The position numbers and the translations under genes are program-made. The notes under the pieces were generated by a model. It saw only the letters and a program-made list of their open reading frames with translations, did no database searches and was not told where the DNA came from. From Pocillopora damicornis (lineage: Eukaryota), in NCBI RefSeq assembly GCF_003704095.1, contig NW_020847187.1, positions 248,001-312,000 of the forward strand: DNA of 64,000 nt, given 5' to 3'. This document shows, in pieces, positions 1 through 11,700 of the stretch. The first letter of the stretch is position 1; every line of letters starts with the position of its first letter.

Positions 1-158
1 GCTGCTGTGAAAATCAAAGATGTAGCTATAATTTTCACAAGGTAATACTGAGCACTCGCCCACCAAAATTACGCCTGCTTTGCAGACTAACGTTGGGCAA
101 GCAATCATATACCTTCTATTATGCTTCGACGTTGTACTAAACGAGAACGGTAACTTAC

Positions 159-3100
159 TGAGCTCTTCACTCGCACTGTACTTTTTAAAGTCGTCCTCAA
201 ATTTCGTCTTTATTTGTGTATTGTAAATTCTCATATTAACGCCATAATGAGTCAGGTTTGAGAAGCATCCCGGTGATTACCCAGTAACACCAATTCATCT
301 GTGAAGAATTGAAAATTACGTGTGTACCTGTTAGATCTAAGCGGGAAGGCAATTCAACATTTCCAGAACAGACTACTCCATCTCACGCAATTCGGAACAA
401 GAAAAGTCAAAGGCAGTGTTCCTTTTTGGATCATAGACCAAATAGTTTATCAAGAAACAATGAAGGTTTATTTCCACTCCAATCGGTGATACTGGCCTAC
501 AAGTGAACAAAACACGGGTCGTGAGCAAACACCCTTCTCAATGTCAAACTTTGAACTCCTTGCCTTCTACGCTTTTCTTTTCATTACCTGCTCGTAAAAT
601 CGTAAAAACAAAGCTCAACGGATAAAGGTGTGCGAGTACTGCTTTTTTGATTGATTATGACTCACTTAAGTAGCTCAGACACATACCGGGGTAAGTGGAT
701 CCTTTTATTACTCCCATCAAGTTGTAAACATCTGTCACGTAAAGTTCATTGGTACAACTCACTTCGACCTCCCTGGGTGAGTAAAGTTACCAGCAAGTTA
801 GCATTAATCATCCTGTTTTTCTATCAAGTGCCAAATATCAAATAAAATCCGACTTTCCCACTATTTGTAATGTTAGTTTACAGCGTGTTGGTACTGCGGT
901 TCATCGTCGTCAAATAAAATGAAATGGTTAAAAATTGAATGAAGTCAAAGAATAATTAATTGTGTCGCTCACAGCCGAAGAATAAAAAAACACATTTTGA
1001 AGCAAATGTTTCATTGCTCGGGGAAATTTATCAATCTTCTGTGAACGCTATTCTTGTAGCAATTAGTAGAACAACACCAATAACGCCTTTAATCTCGTCA
1101 GAATAAAAGGCCCTGGAAACATTCGACGGAATTTCACAGTCAAAAATGGACAACATTTCGGAATTTGTGTTCAACTCTCACTACCAAGAATTTTAAGCCT
1201 GTTTTAGAATTATTCTTCCTAATCTTCAAAATCTTTTCTTCACCTCGGATCATCTTCCGCCATCTGTATTCCATACGAAAACTTCAAACCACCTCGGAAG
1301 GAGGAATTTGATGGCACCACATTGCGAGTAAGAGTTCTGGATGACAAAAAAATAAAACATGCTACCTGTGACCTTAAAAATAGAATACGGACATTCCGAA
1401 AAAACTCGTACAAACTGACAAATAATTCTAAATATAAAAATTGTTGGAAGGAAAATGTTACCTGGCTAAACGTGCTTACGCTGTTAAATGCAGATTAATA
1501 ATTGTAGAACTTGCGTGCTTACTCACCTGAGCAGGGGCTCAGCATCTTTATAAGAAATAGGATGCACAGGTATCTGAGGGAGGAGTTTCTTAGCCTCCTC
1601 CACGGGCAGGCGGTACATACCCTCTACAATCAGAAAATAGTATCGCTATGTAAAAATTTCAGTTCTGTACTATGTCATTCTGTAAAGACCTCGTCGCTTT
1701 TTAAAAACTGGTGTAATCTTACGTTATGTCTTCACCGGCGGCTTAAAGTTAGCGATAGAAAACTGGGTCAGTTATCTCCGTCTTTATGATCAATCCGTGT
1801 TTTAACAGGTGAAGTATATCAGTCCCAAGCAACAGGGAATCAGAGGTGACAATAGTATAATGACTCTCCAGGCCTTTTCCACGCTCTTTGTCTGTTTTAC
1901 GGGAGAAACAATTGGAAAAAAGCGGGCGATCGAAAACCGGCGGTTGTCATGGTCCACATAAACGTCATTTTTCGCACGCCGTATTTTTCAATTGTCTCCA
2001 TTTATTGGAGAGCTTGACACAGGCTACGACCTTCCAGGACTTTCTAAAGGGAGAGAAGATTTCCTCCTCTTTCACAAATCTAAACTCCTTGCGCGTTAAC
2101 TTCGATATCCTGGTATATGGTACTTGGTGGTCACTCCACCAAGTATCATATCACAGGGAGGCAATAGAAAACTTCTGAAGCTTGCGAAGACGCGATTTAG
2201 CAAGTTAAGATTGATTTCAGTTTTGCATGTGACTCTCGAATGGGGTGGCGTAAGTTTTCTACAACAATTAGAGTGAGAAGTAAAAAAAGTAATAATTTTC
2301 CAGATCACTCACGAACACGAAATTGAAAACTTATTTATCATTTTTTTAGGTGGACTTTCGTTTATTGATATACTAATCGTGCGTGTGACCAAGAAAGCAC
2401 GGAATAGCACAAACACTGTAATTGACACTCACCCTGACGGATCCTGATGGTGCATAAGCGTTGAAAGGTGGGACCACATTGCTGTTGTTCTCTGAGGGAA
2501 CAAGGAATTTTTCTTGAGGAGCTGCCTTGTAGATCAGAGTAGATCCATTGTACAGTGCAGCCGCTCCTGCCTTCATATCCTTGGGCCGGGACACTGCATA
2601 ATGGTGTAATTCTTCCATATAACATCGATGCCATATTCTTTCCATTTTTTTGCCATGTCCTCCGCCAGTTTAAAGTTCTCTGGGCCTCCAGGAAAGTGTG
2701 GCACTTTAGTGAAACGTCTGCATGCAATTCAAGAAAGCGTTTAGAATTACTTTCCAGAACTTAATTAAATACAAATTAATTAAATCACCTGTTTTTTTGT
2801 TTTTGTTTTTTTTTTTAAGAATGATTTAAATCAGATCATTAAACGTTAAAATCTATGTATAATGCTTCATCTGAATCAACAGTATTTACATAATCCAGGA
2901 AGGCTTTCATGGCATATGCATTGATGCAGACGAAGAGCAAAAAGGTAATGCAGGTCCTCCTAAAATAAGTTTGATTATAAAACACATTCACACAAAAAAT
3001 CGCAGTAAAAAACTCGTTGTAACGGGCAGTCATACTCGTTGCATGAATTCCTTTCTCGAAAATTCTAAGCTGACGGTTGAATCGGTTTCAGCAGTAGTCA

Positions 3101-4697
3101 CCCCCATGATCATTATAGTGAGTGTGTTTGTTCGGGAGTGAAAATGTTTATTTCACAAAATAGGATAAAAAATCGATATCATGTATTTTCAATAAGTGAA
3201 TAGAGTTCTTACAACTCGGGAGAGAAATCTACAAAACTGGAAATTCAGAGCGATTCAACCGTTATCTTCGCGAAGCTGAAGGTTGAATGGGTTTCCAAAT
3301 TCAAACTAATGGGAAGAACAAACAAGCAAAGAAAAATACAGTTATCTAAAAAAAGAAGTGCAAAATAATTAACGCTGCCGAAGTGTAATCCTTCCTGCTG
3401 GCTTCATCCATACATGTTGAGATTTAACGGTAGGACTAACCAATTGTTATGAGTTAAGTAACCATATCTAAAATCCAGTTTTCATGCTGGTTCTTTTGTC
3501 CATAAGCTTATGAAAATTCCATGGTCGCAGTCTTTTTAAAATGAAAACGAAATAACTTACAAGGCCAAACAGTTTTACAGCATTAGCCGGCATTATCAAC
3601 CCTCAGTTACTCAAGAGACTAACCTGACGTAATTAAAAGATCGAAATGCATCTTACCTCTAGCAACGCATCGAACGAAATATTTTTCCACTCTTATTTTC
3701 TGCAGTGTAATTAATCGCGAAGTTGTTTACTAGAGGCTTGCTAAGTTATCGTATGCAAGTAAACTTTAAAAATTCAAGGCTCTCTGCACGTGTCTGCACC
3801 TTGTGTGACAAATTTAATTATGTGATCATGTACGCTTTTTAAGATGTAAGCAATTTGCTGGTTTCTCTTAAGTTAGTATTATCACCTCTGGAAGGTGCCT
3901 TTTAGGTTGAACGTGACTAGAATGAGTATGTTATTTAAATTAGCTAAAAATTGTTTGTCGACATTTAACACAGGCTTAGGATGCACTTTAACTTCTTATA
4001 AGGGCATTAGTGCTGCCTTAGGGAAATACCTCTCTATTGAGATGCAATAGCCTGCACTTTAGCCTCTTCTGTCTCGTCTAGGATAACCGCGATTGGGTGA
4101 ATTTTTGTAGTGAGACCGAAAAAAATTCATCAACAGTTGTTCCAAGTTGATTTGACCCTGGGTTTCAACCGCTAAGCGTCTTACGATTCATGTAGTAGTC
4201 ACGATATCCTGCATAATTAACCTCCATGGGTAAAAGCTTTTTTATTTTATCACCGATAATTTGCAACTTTCATCGCCATTTTCAGTGATGAAAACTGATT
4301 GCTGTATGCTGATGCACCGAGCAAAGAAAGCATATTAGTTGTGAAACCTCACTCCAGGCGCCGAACTTGACAAAATAAATAAATTCCTAGACATGTAGCC
4401 CGGCTACTGCACGTAGTCTCCTAACACTTACTTCAAGTTATTTTTCAGCTCCTCAGTAGAAATCATGTCGACCGCTCTCTTATGGAACTCTTCCAGCTGT
4501 TCTTGGGTAAGGCCCTTTGGAGGGTTACAGCCGTCATTCTTGCCGCCATCATCACAACTCTTCGCGCCTCCACGTCCAATAAAGTAACCAGCCAGTATAC
4601 CGATCCCAAACAACACAAGAAAAATGAGAATAATCGACGATATAAAACAACATCGTCGCTTTGGTGAACTGTAAACGAACGCTTTTTTCTCTTCCAT
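159..4697 (-). pseudogene. Disabled tandem duplicate of the GCPII/NAALADase-like M28B peptidase gene (copy A); 3' exons would lie left of the window
   Basis: Exons homologous to copy B: 4432-4697, 2433-2717, 1527-1623, 1244-1336, 687-772 and a fused 159-298. Exon 2 is 285 nt versus 283 nt in copy B (+2 nt near 2594), giving TGA at 2573-2575. Homologs of B exons 3-4 are missing. Exon 8 breaks after LLGNHRDA and joins THYGVNM of exon 14, removing the EE catalytic motif and several Zn ligands. Confidence 0.88.
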
Positions 4698-5783
4698 GGA
4701 CAACATCTCGATGCAGTTACACGATTGTTTAGAAGCGACCGCTGGCAACAATTTTGTAATTATTAATATTCTCACGGACGGGTGCTGTTTAGACAATTGA
4801 ATGTCGCCTACTTTCAATGCCATTTTTTAATTAAAATATTAATTAGTCATATTACGTCTCTTATCACCCAACTCCCAGACCAGGCCCAGACAAAATGCAG
4901 GATTATTGTGAAGGTAAGGTTTACCTACAGCTAAATTACACATAGGTGTCACTTCTTATCACGTTCACGTTATGCATGAAGTATACTGAAATCTACATGA
5001 ATAAGGAAAGCTATTTCTGGACTTCAGTCTAGCTATGCTCTCTAATCGGGTGGAAACGGGACCTGGGTTGAGCTTCACGCGCGAGGGAGACGCACGCCCT
5101 GGCAACTCAAAATGAGTTTTGATTACAAAATTTTGAGCAAATTTTGCACAACAAATCAAAATTAAACCTCTTTGGCTAAACAGTGTGACCGTAATTACAA
5201 GTGTCTAAGTTATTTATCAACCCGATAAAGCCCGAGCACTTTTAACTTATTTCGCTTTTGATAAGGACAAGCGCTTGAAACGAGTTATTACTGACACGAA
5301 ACTCGGCGACAGACATCTAACGAAAGTCCAAGTCCAAACCATTTTATCCTTGTATAGTCAATTGCATTGCGGAAATCAGTGTTACATTCATTCCAGCTAA
5401 AGGGTCGCAAACTGGGAGGTTTTTTTTTATTGGGCTTTACTTACTTGTAATATATCGTAAAACTTGCAAGATCACTAACCAAATGCACTGTCAACTCTAA
5501 GGGACAACAACACTTTCTCATGAAACTATAAGTAAAAGGTCATTCAAAACACATATGCCGGGAAACCGTGCTTGGTTCTTGATATCTATATGTATTTGGA
5601 AGACTTTTCTTTAAAATTATGGTTTTTGTTACTACTTGACTGACAATGGAGATATACATATAGTATCTTACGGGTATACTTAAAGGAATACATATCCTCA
5701 CTCTTGCTGACGTATACAAAACAGCTTAGCTATACGACACTGTTTCGTCACTGAGAAACTTTACAAGGAGTTTTGTAAAGCGT

Positions 5784-8700
5784 TCACTCAATCGGCGAGA
5801 GCTTGAGTATTTGTGCAGCTGAGTTTATGCCATATGCAACAATTGATATTTGCTTCTTGACTTCTTCCTTGGTAACTAATCCTTTTCGAGCACGATAAAT
5901 GGCGTCCACCACGCCACCGTACCAACTGTAGTAAATGGTTGGGCTGTGAACCAAAACGACGTGTCTAAAAAACGTAGAATATTCATTAGCTTCACGTAAG
6001 AAACTAGAAAGCATTCACGCTAAATGGTAAGTCTGTTGGTACTGTTTGGTTTTGCTCAGTGAAGAGGCAAAATCAAAGAACTTTTAATAAATTGTGATAT
6101 CCACTTTAAGAGAGAGAGAAAAAATATATGGAAACGCTTAATGATATGAATAATGCTACCACACATTTTGGGGAAAATAAATAAAACAATCTTACTTACC
6201 TCTGCAATGGGTTGGCCTGCAGAATTCCCTCAAGATTTATGAATGCCCGTTCAACATTAAGCAATCGTGTGTTGATTTTTCGCACGACTGCAACGCTGAA
6301 AAAAAAGCAACGAAAAAAAGACAAATTAATGAACTTGTAGTCGGTAACTCACAGAAGCATGTCGCAGCATATTCTCGTGACACTGCTTATCTCCTATATG
6401 CAAGGTATCTCTTTTCCCAACGCAAATTTAAGATGTGTTCCACGGTATATAAGTCTAACGAAATAGTGCAAGAAAATGTTCCAATGGTACTCAAGCATAG
6501 GGGTTAAAAGAAAGGCTTTCTCACTTTTCTTTGTCTGCTCCTTTCACAAAGTCGTCAAATTCTCGGGAAGCACTCAGAAAGTTTTCCACAGCTTCGTCAA
6601 GAAACTCTGCCAATAATGAGTATACTCATTACACATATTGGTTATATCAGTCAGCTGAGCATTCATAATACCACAATATACAAAAAAATAAAATAAAATA
6701 CATCGTTGGAAGGCTAATCTTTCCAACCATCTCTAAAATGATGATCATCTCTATCTTCCCATCGATGTCACTATCGAATTTTTTTTTCTTCTGAATCATC
6801 AGGAGAGCCGGCTTTAAGAGTCTTGCAAAGAGCTGTCTTTTCTGCACGTCCGGAGAATGCCAAAATCCTTTCAAAGAAGAATTTCTTCAAAAAACAGCGC
6901 ACATCTTTTTTGAAGAATGCATACAATGAGCTGATTCTACAAAATAACAAACTGGAGGGAACTTAGAAAACACGATCATGTTTTTTCTCTAATCTTGCGT
7001 CGACGTTATTATTAATGAAAACGGTAACTTACTCAGATCTTCTCTTGCATTGTACTTTTTAAAGTCTTCCTCAAACTTCTTCTTTATGTTTGAATTGTAA
7101 ATTTTCATATTAACGCCATAATGAGTCACGTTAAATGGAAGTATCACAGAGTCAGCCAGCACCATAGTAATCTCAGTCCAAACCCTTGTAGTCACTTGAT
7201 GGTATTTAAACTCGGGGTCAATCAAAGTTGACATCCACCAAAAATTATCGTGAACTGTGTGGTATAAAGGATTGCTGCTAGTTTTCTGTAAGAAGAAAAA
7301 CGATGATAGCTATGTAAGTAAAAAAACATAGCTACGGGTATGTTAGATCAACAGTTGCCCTCAATATAAGTCAAGAAGATTCTAAGGCCTGTTACAAAAC
7401 CCGTATAAAGTACAACTGATATTCTTCTGGTACATTATAAAATAACTGATAAGTAATGAACATCCTCATCGGTCAAGAACCTATCGTTAGTTGCACCGGT
7501 AGACCCCATAGAAAATTGAAGTTTATTTCATCAGCGTAATAGATTGTGGCCGGTTTTCTGGCTCGTGATTTAAAATATTTTCTCGTGTTCTTCTAAAATC
7601 CCTCGTGGGTTTTTTACGCCGGTAAACTGTTAAGTGTGGTCTAATGCTTGATTTTAGCACGGTAAAGGTACCGCAGGTATTTCAAATACAGCTAGCTATG
7701 TTACCTTGTCACTTCCCCCTCACCTGAGAGGTGCGGCGAATGAGTCTGAGCCATAGAAAAAGCGTTACGAATGGCATGAGTTACCATACCATTTGCCTCA
7801 TTCAAAAATGACTTTAGGGCACAATAGAGGTCAAGCGTTCAATTTATATGAGCCTTATCAGTACTCTCAAGCACAAGGCCGATATATCACATCAGCGAAA
7901 CTTGCCGTCCAATCCAAGCCTCAAACAAATGACTTACTACTTACGCTGTTGTATGTGTAACGAATATCCACAATGGGAATTCCAAGCCTTTGGATAAAAT
8001 TGACATAATCACTGCCTGCTCTTGGTTGCTGAAGTCTAAAAAAAATTAATGAAAAGAATAATAAGTAAGTATTAACAAATAATAGGTAACTATCTAGAGT
8101 GCTCAGATTACTTGGACATATTCACAACAATGTTGTTTTTTTTTTTTGGTTGTTCACTTTTCCGTCTGTATTTCCTTCTTACGAAATGTACTAGAAAAAA
8201 TTAACTAAATTATCGAGTGATGACGTACCTTGGCAAATAATTTAGCCCCAACGTGTTTGGAATTTTCCTGATCCATTCATCAAAAGCCGTTTCGTTTCCT
8301 AAGGGGCTTGGTACCTGAAGAAGTGAGAGCGGTCGTTTAGCTCGGTAACCTATCCGACGTGTTACCTTTTCTACAATATACACCCCGGAAAAGTTTTGAA
8401 GAATTTTAAATTAGAACTACGATGTAAATTGAATTGTGAGCAACAGATTAAACCTTCACGTCTGCCTGATGCCTTCTGTACTCTTGGCAAGTAAAGTAAC
8501 ATGAACAACTAGAAGTCGACATAACATTAAGGTCCCTCATCCCACTTCTGCTTAACACTTATGCTCTTATCCCGTATCATAGAATAGTTAGATACCAAAA
8601 TGACATCAAAACAGTATACCCGGCTAGTCTTTCTTTGTTCCAATTTCGTTCCTAGTGCGATTTACGACGAGCATGGTTTGAGCAGCTAAATTTATTTATG

Positions 8701-11700
8701 TTTGGCACTAACCTTCATTGCTCCTCTGGCCAGAACCCAGTCCATGAGAGGCGCGGACTTTGCTCGGAAAGAATAGTTCCCTTAAGAGATATAGAGATAG
8801 TCATCAACCAGAAGACACTAAACGACCACCAATTTGGATATATTAAATCACAAGTTAAATCATTTGTATTCAAATTATATTGATTTTATATTGATTATCC
8901 CTATATGGTCTTACCGTCAACTGACATGTCCACATTGAGATACGCCACGGCTCGGGCAGACAATAACCTCGAATGCTCCTTTAACAAAACAAAAATATAA
9001 TTCTTTTCACGCGACTGGTTACTTTTTGAGAGTTTTGTTAAACCACAGCAACGTGCATCCCTTTTCATTAACTCTTTAAATCCCATGAGTGACCAAGACA
9101 GAATTTCTCCTTACGATATCAAGACAATATAAGGCAGACAAGTGATGAGAATAAAGAAAAATATCAATTAGGGGATTATTAGTTGATCTAATACCAAATT
9201 CTCCAAACTAACTTCACAAGAACTGTATGGTAGACAGTAAGGAGAATTACTAATGAGATCTTGGGAGTTAAAGGGCCAGGTCAATTGAAAAAGGAACCCA
9301 CAGGAGGTAAATTATTTTTTAAGCCGAATGAATTCTAGAAGCCTCCTCTGAAATAATCCGAAAGTTATAGAAAAGTTGTTTGGTATCGAAATGATCCCTT
9401 GATTACGTTACGTTTTCACTCCTTCGCCATGTGACTGGTCTAAAAATTGAGGTCACTCTCTCGATGAAGATCTGATTGGCTGAACTGTTTCGCGCTTGGG
9501 GTCAGTGTTTATTTTGAGTTATCATTGTCTCCTTGTGATACTCTGTTCGACTGACCGCTGTCATTAATACGCTTTTGGTTTATACCACCCTCAGTTTAGA
9601 GTTTAGACTCACTCAATATCAACTTGATGGCTCGCGTTTCCCGGGATTTGTACTATGGCCTCTATGGGCTAGGAGCACTCCATATTTCTAAACCGTCTAC
9701 CAGTGGATATATCAACGTACCTCCAGCCACTCAACAGATCCCATATACTTCGGTTCCTCAGCTCCCCAGCTTAACAACACTATAGTGCGCTTTGGTTTCC
9801 ATCCTAAAATGATAAAAAAATCCCATCAATTTTGAAGTTCACGAATTAACCAATCAAAGACACATTGCGATAAATCGATAATATCAACGGAACTTGTTTT
9901 ACATTTAAAACATAGTCACTGTACCTTCCTTGAGCTGTGCTCCAAGAGCTCTGGACAACTCCATCAAAGCGGCAGTGCCACTAGATGCATCTGCAGCACC
10001 AAATACCCAAGCATCCCGGTGGTTACCCAGTAACACCAATTCATCTGCGAAAAGTTTGAAACGTAAATCATAACCTAGAAGTACTTTGAAAGTGAAACTT
10101 AAACATTTCTGCAGCGGACCACCTCACCACCTCTTGTAATTCGTCTAAAGCAGAAGGGGTTCTTTCATTAATCTCCAAAAACCGAACTCTCTAGTGTCAT
10201 CAAAAATGTGGCTAAACAATATCACTTCACTTCAGTGACGCCGGCCCATTATCGCAGGCGCACTTTTCTCGTGTTCTCCATCATTACGCCGGTAAACTGA
10301 TAGAATGTGCGATCAGTTGCTTTAATGAAATGCCTGTGGGTTTACTGGTTCAATGAACGATAGCTTCTTTTACCAATCAGGGCGCTGGTAGTATCTCAGT
10401 TATTACATAAAAAATGAACATACGGGCACCTTGCACTGCACAGTTTTCTTTTAATTTCCTGCTGGTAAAATTTTTAAGACAAAGTTCCAAGGCTAAGGAT
10501 GTGCGTTAACTGTTTTGTCAATTGATTATGACTCCTTTGAGTAGCTCAGACACATACCAGGGTGAGTGGATCCTTGAATTACTCCCATCAAGTTGTAAAC
10601 ATCTGTTACATATAGTTCATTGGTACAATTCACCTCGATCTCCCTGGGAGAATGAGGAAACACAAAACGAATTAACACAAAAGCCACCGAAGCCCCAAAG
10701 GATTGTCAGAAAATTCAACCCACTCTGAAGGAACTTTTCAGTCCTCCTTAGCCTTAGCAAAAGTTTAATTCAAAACAGACAACACCTTTATCACCTTCTG
10801 GCATTACAGGTGGCCATAACTTATCCTCCTCCACCATCACGTGTTGAATGTCAAATAAACTCCAACTTTTCTCCTATTTGCAACCTTAGTTTTCCAATAC
10901 AGTATTTAGGTGACGCGGTTCATCACCAGGAAATGAAATTTCGCATTTGGTCAAAAATTGAAGAAAGATCAAATTTATAAAAGAGATAGCAATCTCTTGG
11001 TTTGGAGAATAATTCTTTGCGTCGCACCGACAAATAATAAAACATTTATCAAAGCAAATTTTAATTTCCAGGGGAATCTATGAATCTTCTGTTGACGCTA
11101 TTCCTGTGGCCACAGAATAACACCGATAACGTCCAAATATAAAGGCCCTACGAACACTCAATGGTATTTGCTATGTTATCCCAAAATATTTCACCGGATT
11201 TGTCTCTCACTCTCTCTAAGAATTTCATACCCAAGCCCGTTTCGATATCATTCTCTGTACTTTTCAAAATCTATTCTTCACCTCGGATCATCTTCCGCCA
11301 TCTGTATTCCATACGGAAAGTTCAAACCACCTTGGAAGGAAGAATTGGGTAAGACTACATCGCGTGTGAGAATCCTAAATAGACAAAAAACATGCCGCAC
11401 GTTACTTTTATAAAGAAAAAGTAGAGGAAATATCTCACAAAATAAAAACTTGAACCTACTGACAATACAGCTGTAAATAAAGTCATTAATGGAAGGTAAC
11501 TGACTAAAGAGGCTGTTGCTTGACAAGCAAAACAGGGATTCTTTCCACAACTTACTACGCCATTATGGACATTTGGAGAGGTTTCTTTTTTTCACAATTC
11601 AGAATTAAGATCGATGAAAATGTCATTGAGAATTAATAATACATCGTTGGGCTCTAGGATTACAGAACTTACGTGCTCACTCACCTGAGCAGGGGCTCAG

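Noticed and set aside
2433-2717. Idea that the +2 insertion and loss of exons 3-4 compensate each other
   Set aside because: The net change is +2-313 nt, not a multiple of 3, and a TGA occurs 7 codons after the insertion.
6883-6917. 12-bp inverted repeat ttcttcaaaaaa/ttttttgaagaa
   Set aside because: Low-complexity A/T stem in an intron; plausible by chance.
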